Source of the DNA: Acidobacteriota bacterium
GTDB taxonomy: Bacteria > Acidobacteriota > G020349885
Assembly (NCBI GenBank): GCA_020349885.1
Contig: CP070701.1
Span: 907,880-971,879, forward strand
Direction: 5' to 3'
Length of the DNA stretch: 64,000 nucleotides
Shown: in pieces, positions 18,135-30,455 of the stretch
Position numbering within the stretch: the first letter of the stretch is position 1
Layout of the letters: each line of letters starts with the position of its first letter
Program-made: the position numbers and the translations under genes
Notes under the pieces: generated by a model
Database searches by the model: none
What the model saw: only the letters and a program-made list of their open reading frames with translations
What the model was told of the DNA's origin: nothing

Positions 18135-18821
18135 CTAAAAGTTGGTGCGCCGCGTGAAGACCACCGGCGAAACGTTCCGCGCGCCCGCGGGGACGGCGTT
18201 GGAGATGCACGTGCGCCCCGTCTCGTCCTCGTAGCGGTAGAAGCGGCTGTCGGGCGGCCTTGCCGCCTTGTAGTAGAGCGCGAGCACTTTCTTGACGAAA
18301 TTCCGCGTCTCCGGATACGGCGGAACGCCTCCGTAGCGCTCGACGGCGTCCTCGCCGGCGTTGTACGCGGCGAGCGCAAGCTCCAGGTTGCCCTCGTAGC
18401 GGTCGAGGAGGGCGCGCAGATGGCGTGTGCCGGCCGCAAGGTTCTCGATGGGGTCAAAGCGGTTCTCGACGCCGTATTGCTTCGCGGTCTGCGGCATGAG
18501 CTGCATCAGTCCCGCCGCCCCCTTGCGCGAGACGGCGCGGGGGTTGAAGTTCGACTCGACGGCGACGACCGCCTCCACGAGGCGGGGATCAAGCTTGCGC
18601 GAGTGCGAAAAATTCTGCACCTGGTGGCGATAGCGGATGCGCCTTTCCCCGTCGATCCAGTGGCCCGAGAGGAAGGAGCGCGAGAGCCCCTCCGTGAGGC
18701 GGGCGAGTCGGATTTCGTCCTGGGCGGAGGCGCCCCACCCCGCGAGCAGGAGGAACGCCGCGAAAACAAGCGTCAAACGCTTGCCCCGTGTGCAGCGTCG
18801 GGGTCGGTGGAAATTTCCCAT
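18135..18821 (-). CDS. Lytic transglycosylase (SLT domain)
   Basis: VESNFNPRAVS, GAAGLMQLMP, ALAAYNAG, PPYPETRNFV; signal peptide. Confidence 0.92.
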   Translation of the reverse strand: MGNFHRPRRCTRGKRLTLVFAAFLLLAGWGASAQDEIRLARLTEGLSRSFLSGHWIDGERRIRYRHQVQNFSHSRKLDPRLVEAVVAVESNFNPRAVSRKGAAGLMQLMPQTAKQYGVENRFDPIENLAAGTRHLRALLDRYEGNLELALAAYNAGEDAVERYGGVPPYPETRNFVKKVLALYYKAARPPDSRFYRYEDETGRTCISNAVPAGARNVSPVVFTRRTNF

Positions 18822-18822
18822 A

Positions 18823-21480
<2,658 letters not shown>

Positions 21481-21589
21481 ATTTGTCGGCCCGGACGGCT
21501 TAAATTCTTATTTTACACCAGCCGGGGATAAGGGGGAAGGTGCGGGCTTCCCTCCTGATCCCAACATAGAAACAGCACGCTGACCTCGG

Positions 21590-24442
21590 CTATCCCGTGC
21601 TCTGCATGGCGGCGGCGACCGCTGTGACGCTCAGGAGCAGCGCCTCCTGCCAGTGCTCGCGCCCTCGGTCGTCCTCCGGCAGCGCGTCCCAGGCGTCCAT
21701 GAGGGCGATCTGAAGCTCGCTCAGGGGCCGCAGCAGTCTGTTGCGCATCTCGACGGTTCTCAGGACGGGCTCGGCGTGCGCGAGCAGGCGGTCGTCCTCG
21801 ATGATCTTGAGCACCCACTCCTTGGTGCGGCGGTATTCGCTTTGGATGGTTTCGTGAAATTTTTTCCCCAATCCCTTGGGCTGCGTGCGGGCCGCGTACA
21901 GGGCGGCGGTGTCCATGTCCGCCCGCACGAGCTCGATCTGGGCGTTTTCGATGAGCACCTGGAAGAACGGCCATTCGCGGTGCATTTTTCTGAGGAGCCG
22001 GAGCCGCTCGTCGCTTTCGCCGGCGAAGGCCTCGAGGGCGCTCCCGACCCCGTACCAGCCGGGCACGCAGTAGCGGTTCTGGGTCCAGGCGAAGTTCCAC
22101 GGGATGGCCCGGAGCGAGTGAAGCCCGACGTCCTCGGCGCCGCCTCCCGTGGGCCGGTGAACCGGGCGGGACGCGATGGGCAGATGGCTGATGTGGGCGA
22201 TGGGCGAGGCCTGGCAATAGAAGGACCAGAAATCCGCATCGTCGTACACGAGCTTCCGGTAGGTCCGGCGCGAGTGGTCCGCGAGATGGTCCATAACTTC
22301 CGGCCATGCGGGGTCAACGTCCGGCTGCCCGCGTCCGGGAGCGCTCGCGAGGATGACGGCGTTGAATATTTGCTCGAGGTGGCGGTTCGCGAGCGGCGGC
22401 AGGCTGTAGCGAAACGCGACGACCTCGCCCTGCTCGGTGAAGCGCACGCGACCTCCGAGGCTCCCCGTCGCCTGGGCGAGGATGGCGCGGTTCGCGCGCC
22501 CGCCGCCGCGTCCGACGGTGCCGCCGCGGCCGTGGAACAAGCGCAGGAAGACGCCCGCCTCGCGGCACGCCGCCGCCAGGCGCTCCTGCGCGCGATAGAG
22601 CGCCCAGTTCGCCGCGAGGAATCCTCCGTCCTTCGTGCTGTCGGAATAGCCGAGCATGACTTCCTGCAGGCTGCCCTTCGTCTCGATGGAGGCCCGATAG
22701 ACCTCGTGCTTGAGCATGGCTTGCACAAGGTCGGGGCAGCGGCCGAGGTCCTCGATGGTTTCAAAGAGCGGCACCACGTGGATGTCGCAGTGCCACGTCG
22801 GCGGATTGCCCCGCGTCCGAAGCGCACCGCCTTCTTTTGCCAGAAGGAGGACCTCGAGGATGTCGCTCACCCCGTGGGTCATGCTGACGACGTAGGCCAG
22901 CACCGACTTGCGGGAAAGATGACGCTTCGCGTGGCGGATGAGCCGGAAGAGCTCGAGCAAGTCTCGCGTCCTCTCCGAGCCCTTCCAGTGTCTTGGAACA
23001 AGGGGGCGCGGCGACTTCAGCTCGCGCGTGAGGACGGCCACACGCTCCGCCTCGTCGAGCTCCGCGTAACGGGCGGAGCCGAGGACGCCCGCGGCCTCCA
23101 GGAGCTCCCCGACCACTTCCTCGTGGACCTCGCTGTGCTCGCGGACGTCAAGCGAGGCGAGATGGAACCCGAAGAGGCGGGCCTTCAGGGCAAGCTCGGC
23201 GAGCGGCCCGCTCTCGGCCAGGCGGGCGGCGCCATGGCTTATGAGGCTGCGGCGGCAAAGTTCCAGGTCGGCTATAAATTGAGCCCTGTTGCCGTAGGCC
23301 GTATCGCGCATGGGTACATCGTCGTCTTTGAACTGGAAGTCCTTGAGGCCATGAACATGCTCCCGCGTCGCCCTGAGCCGCTCGCGTATGTAGGCGAGTT
23401 TCCTGATGTAGGGCTCGTCGGCGAGCCGCTCCCTGAGGGAAGGCGGAAGCGGCAGCTCGGCGTCGTCCTTTGCGAGGGATTTCAGCAGCTCGGGATCCAC
23501 CCGAACCAGTTTGCTGCTCAAGTGAAGGTCCCGCTCGACGCGGTCGATTTCGGCGAGATAGTGGTCGAGGATCAGCGCCTTGTGGGCGTGCAGGGTGCGC
23601 CATGTGTCCTCGGGAGTGACGTTCGGGTTGCCGTCCCGGTCACCGCCGACCCATGAGTGGAAGCGCGGGACGACGGGAAGGGAGAAAGTCTCGCCCGGGT
23701 AGTTCGCCTCCAGGGCGGCTTTGAGGTCCTGGTGCAGCCATACGGCCACCGGAATGACCGTCTGCTCGAAAAAGTACAAGGCGTTCGCCACCTCCTCTTC
23801 GACCGTGACGGAATGCGGCGCGATCTCCCTTGTCTCCCAGAGCTGGACAAGGAGCCTTCGGAGGTCCCGCTCGATGCGTGCGGCGCGCTCCAGCGGCTCG
23901 TCGAGCGTCGGAACGCCGGCGGAAAGCATCCGGTCCGCGAGGCAGTGCACTATGGCGTTGAGTCCGTCGAGCACGGCCCGGCGCCGTGCCTCGGTCGGAT
24001 GAGCGGTGAACGTCGGGATGACTTCAAGGCCCTCGAGGAGCGCCTGGATTTGCGAGGCGTCGATCCCGAGGCCGCGGAGCTCCGAGAGGGCCGCGGCGAT
24101 CGACTCCGGGCGGGACGCGCTGGCGGGAAGGTTCTGCCGCAACATGTTCACCCGGATGGTTTCCTTTTCCTCGATCTTGTTGAGCCCATGGAAGAAGATG
24201 GTGAAGGCCCGGAGAATCCTTATGATTTTCTCCGTGCCTGTCTTCGTACAGTCCGCCTTGGCGGACGTGCCCGCACTTGCGCACAGGGCATGGAGCAGTT
24301 CGAGGACGTCTCCTTCCCCCTGCTCGCGAAGGAGGTCGCCGAGCAGGCGATTGAGGAGCGCGACGTCGTCCGCGTGGGATTCCGTCAGCCGGAACTCACG
24401 CGGATTCAGGAAGGGGAAAGCGCCCTGGCGGTCCATAGGCAT
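21590..24442 (-). CDS. ppc: Phosphoenolpyruvate carboxylase
   Basis: TAHPTE, SWVGGDRDGNP, VPLFET, QEVMLGYSDS.KDGG, FHGRGGTVGRGGG, LRAIPW. Confidence 0.97.
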   Translation of the reverse strand: MPMDRQGAFPFLNPREFRLTESHADDVALLNRLLGDLLREQGEGDVLELLHALCASAGTSAKADCTKTGTEKIIRILRAFTIFFHGLNKIEEKETIRVNMLRQNLPASASRPESIAAALSELRGLGIDASQIQALLEGLEVIPTFTAHPTEARRRAVLDGLNAIVHCLADRMLSAGVPTLDEPLERAARIERDLRRLLVQLWETREIAPHSVTVEEEVANALYFFEQTVIPVAVWLHQDLKAALEANYPGETFSLPVVPRFHSWVGGDRDGNPNVTPEDTWRTLHAHKALILDHYLAEIDRVERDLHLSSKLVRVDPELLKSLAKDDAELPLPPSLRERLADEPYIRKLAYIRERLRATREHVHGLKDFQFKDDDVPMRDTAYGNRAQFIADLELCRRSLISHGAARLAESGPLAELALKARLFGFHLASLDVREHSEVHEEVVGELLEAAGVLGSARYAELDEAERVAVLTRELKSPRPLVPRHWKGSERTRDLLELFRLIRHAKRHLSRKSVLAYVVSMTHGVSDILEVLLLAKEGGALRTRGNPPTWHCDIHVVPLFETIEDLGRCPDLVQAMLKHEVYRASIETKGSLQEVMLGYSDSTKDGGFLAANWALYRAQERLAAACREAGVFLRLFHGRGGTVGRGGGRANRAILAQATGSLGGRVRFTEQGEVVAFRYSLPPLANRHLEQIFNAVILASAPGRGQPDVDPAWPEVMDHLADHSRRTYRKLVYDDADFWSFYCQASPIAHISHLPIASRPVHRPTGGGAEDVGLHSLRAIPWNFAWTQNRYCVPGWYGVGSALEAFAGESDERLRLLRKMHREWPFFQVLIENAQIELVRADMDTAALYAARTQPKGLGKKFHETIQSEYRRTKEWVLKIIEDDRLLAHAEPVLRTVEMRNRLLRPLSELQIALMDAWDALPEDDRGREHWQEALLLSVTAVAAAMQSTG

Positions 24443-24627
24443 AGCTGTAATAAGGTTAAGGTATGGAGCGCCCGGCGGTCAACCGCGCCGGGAGGGACGC
24501 GGCAGCGGAATTTACACAAAACTCTGGATCTTGCATGGGAAAACGCAGATTGCGGATTACGGCCCAACGGCAGCCGGGCGGCAAAAAAATGTGATTTCGG
24601 TTATAATTGAGCTTAAACAAGGCATCC

Positions 24628-25809
24628 ATGGCATCGACCAAACCGGACCTGTCGGCTCTCGTCATCCATCGCGCGGAGGAAGCGTTTGCGCCCAAGCCGC
24701 GGCGCCGCTGGCTGGGCGCGGTCATCGCGGTCGTGTGTCTCGCCGCCGCCGGGGCGGCGCTCTATGTTTTCTACGACCGCCTCTTTCCGCCGAAGGTCGA
24801 GGTCGTAACCGTTCGCAGCATGTCCGCGTCGGAGACGAACGAGCTTTTCACCGCGAGCGGCTACCTGGTGGCGCAGAGGCAGGCGGGGCTCGGCACCCGC
24901 CTCTCGGGGCGCGTCGAGGCGGTGCTCGTGAGAGAGGGTGATTTTTTGGAGGAAGGACAGGTTTACGCACGCCTCGAAAGCACCGATTTGCGCGCACAGC
25001 TCGCCGAAGAGCGCGCTCACCTCGAGCAGGCGCGACGCGACGCGGAGCGGCTGGGCGCCCTTTTTGGCGGAGGCTTCGTCTCGGCGTCCGAGGTCGAGCG
25101 CGCCTCGAGCCAAGTCGAAGTGCACGAGGCGCGCACGGAATACCTCGAAAGCCAGCTCGCGCTGACCGAGCTGAGGGCGCCGTTTGCGGGGCTCGTGCTC
25201 CACAGGGACATCGAGGTGGGCGAAGCGGTCGCGTCCATCTCTCCCGTGGGCACGACCGCCACGCCCCGGGGACTTATCACGCTTGCCGACCTTGCGACGC
25301 TCGAAGGCGAGGTGGACGTCACCGAGGCCCAGCTTCCCAACCTGCGCGAGGGCCAGCCCGCCGAGATTCGCCTTGACGCCCGACCGGGAGAAGCCTACCC
25401 GGGGCGGCTGCGCCAGATCGTGCCCACGGCGAACCGCCAGAAAGCCACCGTGCTGGTCAAGGTGCAATTCGAAAAAATTCCCGCGGGCGCGCTTCCAGAG
25501 ATGAGTGTGCGCGTGACCTTCCTGCGCGAAGGGGCCGCGCCTTCCTTCGAGACCTCCGAGCCGGCCGCGCCTTCGATTCCGCGCTCGGCGTTTTTTCAAG
25601 CGGCGGACGGGGCGACGGCCGTGTGGAAAGTGAAAGACGAGCGCGCCGTGCGGCAGCGCGTCCGCACCGGCGAGCCGGAGGACGGCCAGGACCCGGGCGA
25701 GGTGATCGTGCTCGAAGGTCTGCAAAACAACGACGCTGTGGTCGTTGCAGGGGGCGAGAACCTGCGTGAGGGGCTGCGCGTTCGCGTCAAAAATGTTTCC
25801 CGCCCTTGA
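24628..25809 (+). CDS. Efflux RND/MacA-type periplasmic adaptor (membrane fusion protein)
   Basis: N-terminal TM, ASGYLVAQRQA, lipoyl-like V.EGD, RAPFAGLV, IVPTANRQKATV. Confidence 0.9.
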   Translation: MASTKPDLSALVIHRAEEAFAPKPRRRWLGAVIAVVCLAAAGAALYVFYDRLFPPKVEVVTVRSMSASETNELFTASGYLVAQRQAGLGTRLSGRVEAVLVREGDFLEEGQVYARLESTDLRAQLAEERAHLEQARRDAERLGALFGGGFVSASEVERASSQVEVHEARTEYLESQLALTELRAPFAGLVLHRDIEVGEAVASISPVGTTATPRGLITLADLATLEGEVDVTEAQLPNLREGQPAEIRLDARPGEAYPGRLRQIVPTANRQKATVLVKVQFEKIPAGALPEMSVRVTFLREGAAPSFETSEPAAPSIPRSAFFQAADGATAVWKVKDERAVRQRVRTGEPEDGQDPGEVIVLEGLQNNDAVVVAGGENLREGLRVRVKNVSRP

Positions 25810-25877
25810 GTTTAAGCCCCGTTTCGACTATAGTCTTTTTTTATAACATTTAAAACATCTAAGGGGAAAATTCCGGC

Positions 25878-26540
25878 ATGGCAACGTTTCTTGCACGCTC
25901 GTACGAAAGGCTTCGCTCGCACCTGCCAGACCTCAAGGAGCCCGTTCCTCCCGACCGGACCGAGGAGGTGGGCGAGGCGCTCCTGCTCCTTCTCCGGGAA
26001 AAGCGCAGCGATGCGAATCTCTGCCGTGACGCCGTCCTTGTGCTCGGGGACATCCAGTACGCCAAGGCCATCGCCCCGCTCATCGAACTCGCGCAGACGG
26101 ACACGACGCCGAACGCCCTCAAGCGTGCGTGCATTAACAGCCTGCGCCATTTCCGCACCGAGGACAGCATCAAGGCGCTCATGAATTTTCTGGGGATTCA
26201 CGTTTCCATTCACGACAAGTGGGTGCGGCAGCTCGCCGCGCAACACCTCATGATCCTGATTCGGAGGCTACGCCGCGAAAACGAGGTCGAGGCGCACAAG
26301 TACGTCCATGAGCTGCGCTCCCATTACCTCAATTCCGCGAACACCTACACGCGCATGAACACGGTCATCGTGCTGCGGCTTTTGGGGGACAAAGAGGTGC
26401 TGCCCGTGCTCGAAGCCCGACTCCAAAAAGAGCAGGATATTCTAAAAAACAGGCCGGAAGACCAAGGTATTCCCTTCGTCATCCGGGAGCTCGAAAAGGC
26501 CATTTCGACCTTCAAAGACGCGGCGGCGCCGAAAGAGTAG
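25878..26540 (+). CDS. HEAT/ARM-like repeat protein
   Basis: AVLVLGDI..KAIAPLI, VRQLAAQHL, LRLLGDKEVLPVL. Confidence 0.65.
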   Translation: MATFLARSYERLRSHLPDLKEPVPPDRTEEVGEALLLLLREKRSDANLCRDAVLVLGDIQYAKAIAPLIELAQTDTTPNALKRACINSLRHFRTEDSIKALMNFLGIHVSIHDKWVRQLAAQHLMILIRRLRRENEVEAHKYVHELRSHYLNSANTYTRMNTVIVLRLLGDKEVLPVLEARLQKEQDILKNRPEDQGIPFVIRELEKAISTFKDAAAPKE

Positions 26541-26589
26541 CGGCGGGCGCCCCGCCAAGGCTGGGTGCAGAAACTCGCCCGGCGACACT

Positions 26590-26653
26590 CTGTTGAAAAG
26601 CTTTCCACAAGTTTCCCCCTTTGGTAAAGGGGGAGATGCGGTCTTTTCAGCAA
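26590..26653. repeat. Intergenic palindrome (REP/MITE-like or bidirectional terminator)
   Basis: TCCCCCTTT ggt AAAGGGGGA core (26614-26634) inside TGTTGAAAAG...CTTTTCAGCA arms, between convergent genes. Confidence 0.5.
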
Positions 26654-26795
26654 AACAGCCCGGCGGCAGATAGGGATTTCAATGTACCTACCGTACCCTC
26701 TGTACTTTCTGCACGCTATTGACCATCAGCCAATGGATGTTTCCACGGAAACGGCATATACAAGAAACTTCTTCTGAAATTTCGTTGCGCGTTCC

Positions 26796-27422
26796 TCAAG
26801 GGTTTCCTCCGGCTTCGCGGAGCATTCTTTTGAACAACCCGACGGGCAGCCCGACGACATTCGTGTAGGAGCCGCGGAGCGAGTCCACCAAGAGGATTCC
26901 TCCCAGCCCCTGGATGCCGTAGCTGCCGGCCTTGTCGAAAGGCTCGCCCGTTGCGACGTAGCGTTCGATGGTTTCCCTCTCCAGCGAGCGGAAGGTGATT
27001 TGTGTGCTTTCGGTCTCGCAGGCTTCGTACGGAGGACGCCGGCGGACGAAGGTGAGCGCCGTCGTGACGCGGTGAGTTTTCCCGGCCAGGGCGGCGAGCA
27101 TTTCGCGCGCCTCCTGCGGGGAGGCGGGCTTGCCCATAATGCGTCGGTGGTTTTTCCGAGTCCCGTTTTCCATATACACCACCGTATCGGCGCCCAGAAC
27201 CAGGGCTTCGGGATACCGCGCGTCCCCGGGCGCGCCGAGGGAGGTGGACGCGCTTACGGCGTGGGCTTTCGCGAGCGCCATGCGGCGCGCGTAAGCTTCC
27301 GGCTCTTCATCCTCCTTCGGCGACTCGTCGACAGCCGCGGGCACAGTCTGGAACGGAATCCCGAGTGTTTTCAGAATCTCCGCGCGCCGAGGCGAGCGCG
27401 ACGCCAGGATAAAAGAAACCAC
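26796..27422 (-). CDS. maf: Maf family nucleoside triphosphate pyrophosphatase
   Basis: LASRSPRR, GADTVV, MGKP, DKAGSYGIQG, GSYTNVVGLP. Confidence 0.93.
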   Translation of the reverse strand: MVSFILASRSPRRAEILKTLGIPFQTVPAAVDESPKEDEEPEAYARRMALAKAHAVSASTSLGAPGDARYPEALVLGADTVVYMENGTRKNHRRIMGKPASPQEAREMLAALAGKTHRVTTALTFVRRRPPYEACETESTQITFRSLERETIERYVATGEPFDKAGSYGIQGLGGILLVDSLRGSYTNVVGLPVGLFKRMLREAGGNP

Positions 27423-27441
27423 CTCTTCCTCCCGCCGCGTC

Positions 27442-28149
27442 CTAGATGGAGCCGCTGCCGAGCGACTCGGGCGGTATCCGCAGCCGCTTCCCCTTCCCCT
27501 CGAAAAACCCGCTCTCCTCCAGCACCTTCATCGTCCGCGACACCGTCTCCCGCGACGTCCCGATCATCTTCGCTATCTCCTCCTGCGTCGGCCTCTGAAA
27601 CACCAGGCTCCCGTCCTCTGCCTCCTCCCCCTCTCGCCTCGCCAAATCCAGCAGCGTCCGCGCCACCCGCCCGTACACGTCCAGCAGCGCCAGCGTCCGT
27701 ATCTTCACGTCCGCCTCCCGCAAACGCGCGCACAGCGACTGCAATAGCTTCAGCGCTATCCCGGGGTGACGGTGTATCAGCTCCATGAACGACGTCTCGC
27801 CGAACCCGATCATCTCCGTATCCTCAAGCGCCGCCACCGACGCCGACCGCGTCTTCCCCTCGATTATCGCCATCTCCCCGAAAAACTCCCCCTCCCGCCT
27901 CGTGCTCACTATCACTTCCTTGCCCTCCTTCGACAACAGCGATATCTTCACCTTCCCGCGCAGCACGAGGTAAAAAACGTCCCCGGGCTCGTCCTCCAGG
28001 CATACGGTCTCGCCCTTGCTGTAGCGCGTGCGCTCGCCTTTCGAGAGGACGCTCTCCAGCTCGCCTCGCGACAGGGAGGCGAATATCGGGAAACGGCTGA
28101 TACGCTGCACCTCCGAGTCGTCGAACGGAACAAGCTGTGCCGCGGTCAT
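27442..28149 (-). CDS. Crp/Fnr family transcriptional regulator
   Basis: cNMP domain FFGEMA..RSASV; HTH TQEEIAKMIGTSRETVSR. Confidence 0.94.
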   Translation of the reverse strand: MTAAQLVPFDDSEVQRISRFPIFASLSRGELESVLSKGERTRYSKGETVCLEDEPGDVFYLVLRGKVKISLLSKEGKEVIVSTRREGEFFGEMAIIEGKTRSASVAALEDTEMIGFGETSFMELIHRHPGIALKLLQSLCARLREADVKIRTLALLDVYGRVARTLLDLARREGEEAEDGSLVFQRPTQEEIAKMIGTSRETVSRTMKVLEESGFFEGKGKRLRIPPESLGSGSI

Positions 28150-28256
28150 GGTATTATCCTAGCACAAGCCCTGCTGCGGAACAAGACGAGAGCGGCTTCG
28201 CGGAAGCGGGGAGGGGCGTCCCGCCCATGAGGCGGGATGAAATGAGCTCCGTTCGT

Positions 28257-28880
<624 letters not shown>

Positions 28881-28897
28881 AAAAAGGAATCGCGGGA

Positions 28898-29887
28898 TTA
28901 GTCGCCGTCTTCGGCGCGCGGGGTGGTTGCCTTCGGTGGCGGGGCGTCGTCCTTGTCTTCCTGGCCGGGCTCGGGCGGGGGGCTCGGACTTGTTCCGACA
29001 GCGTCGAGAGTGTTTGATACCCCCTTTGGCGGAGTCGGCTGCCGAGGAGTCGAAAGAAATTTGTCTTCCTCTTCGAGGTTGACGTTCAAGTCTTCTTCCG
29101 AGTCGAGCGAGAGGGAACGCGAGAGGGCGATGGAGCGGCCGGTGTAGAATTCCTCCTCTTCCTTTTCGGTGTCGCGCTTCTCCTGCTCGAGGGAGCGGTC
29201 GCGCCGCTCCGCGAGCCCTTCGACGACGGCGTCGGTAAAGCGGGAGGTGAAGAGCTGAATGGAGCGAATGGCGTCGTCGTTTCCGGGAATGGGATACTGC
29301 ACCAGATCGGGATCGCAGTTCGTGTCCAGGATGGCGATGACGGGCAGGCCCATCCGGTTGGCCTCGAGCACGGCGATCCGCTCGCGAATCGCATCGAGCA
29401 CGAACAGCGCCGTGGGCATACGGTTTACCTCACGCAGGCCGTGGTAGAGGCGAAACAATTTTTCTTGCTGGCGGCGGATGTCCATCTGCTCTTTCGTGGG
29501 GATTCGCTCCCACCCGGTGCCTTGCGTCAGGGTCTCGATTTCGCCCAGGCGCTCGATGGAACGGCGAATGATGCCGAAGTTCGTGAGCGTCCCGCCCACC
29601 CAGCGGTAGGCGACGTACGGCATCCCGCAGCGCCGCGCCTCCCGAATCACGACCTCCTGCGCCTGCCGTTTCGTGCCAACGAACAGGATGTTTCCGCCTT
29701 GGGCCGTAATTTCGCGCGCGAAGTCGCATGCCTTCTGGAAAAGCGGATCGGTTCTCTGCAAATCAATGATGTGGATGCCGTTTCGCTTGTCGAAAATGAA
29801 GGGCTCGACTTTCGGGTTCCACCGTTCCGCGCGATGCCCGAAATGGGCCCCCGCTTCGAGTAATTCTTGAATGCTTAGCTCGGGCAT
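28898..29887 (-). CDS. rpsB: 30S ribosomal protein S2 with an acidic/Pro-rich tail
   Basis: LLEAGAHFGH..WNPK, LFVGTKRQA, GGTLTNF, DTNCDP, PGNDDAIRS. Confidence 0.96.
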   Translation of the reverse strand: MPELSIQELLEAGAHFGHRAERWNPKVEPFIFDKRNGIHIIDLQRTDPLFQKACDFAREITAQGGNILFVGTKRQAQEVVIREARRCGMPYVAYRWVGGTLTNFGIIRRSIERLGEIETLTQGTGWERIPTKEQMDIRRQQEKLFRLYHGLREVNRMPTALFVLDAIRERIAVLEANRMGLPVIAILDTNCDPDLVQYPIPGNDDAIRSIQLFTSRFTDAVVEGLAERRDRSLEQEKRDTEKEEEEFYTGRSIALSRSLSLDSEEDLNVNLEEEDKFLSTPRQPTPPKGVSNTLDAVGTSPSPPPEPGQEDKDDAPPPKATTPRAEDGD

Positions 29888-29914
29888 GTGGTGTTGTGAA
29901 GGAAAGCCCTCTTG

Positions 29915-30310
29915 CTAGCGCTTGGAGTACTGGTAGCGCTTGCGCGCGCCGGGCTGGCCGTACTTCTTGCGCTCCTTCTCCCGCGCGTCGCGGCGCAGGT
30001 AGCCTGCCGTCTTCAACGTTTCGTGCAGCTCGGCTTTGTACGCGATCAGCGCCCGGCTCAAGCCGTGCCGAAGGGCCTCGGCCTGGGCGCAGACGCCGCC
30101 GCCGTGCAGGCGCGCCTGGATGTCGAGCTCGTTCTCCGTGCCCGTGAGACGTAGGGGAGCCACGGCCGTTACACGATGGCGCTCCACCGGGAAATACTTT
30201 TCGAGGGCGCGCCGGTTGACCGTGACCCTGCCGCTTCCGCCGGGACGCAGGTAGACCCGCGCCACGGCGGTCTTCCGTTTTCCGGTTCCGTAATGCTGCA
30301 CTAAAGCCAT
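29915..30310 (-). CDS. rpsI: 30S ribosomal protein S9
   Basis: GTGKRKTAVARV, RDAREKERKKYG, QYSKR. Confidence 0.97.
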   Translation of the reverse strand: MALVQHYGTGKRKTAVARVYLRPGGSGRVTVNRRALEKYFPVERHRVTAVAPLRLTGTENELDIQARLHGGGVCAQAEALRHGLSRALIAYKAELHETLKTAGYLRRDAREKERKKYGQPGARKRYQYSKR

Positions 30311-30330
30311 GATTGAGTAACTCGCCTCCT

Positions 30331-30359
30331 ATTAAAGCCGCTTTTGCAAAGATTGTCAA
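30331..30359 (-). promoter_or_regulatory. Sigma70-type promoter for rpsI-rpsB-tsf
   Basis: TTGACA-17 nt-TTTAAT, 20 nt before the rpsI ATG. Confidence 0.6.
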
Positions 30360-30455
30360 GCGACGCGCATCGCGCCGGGTAGAATCTTACCGTAAGAAGG
30401 CCTCGTCTTGCCGCGTAAGGATCTTGCCGTAGCGGAGTATCGAGGGGAGGCCTGC

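Noticed and set aside
28898-29200. S2 C-terminal extension and short EF-Ts as novelties
   Set aside because: Both are common in many bacterial lineages
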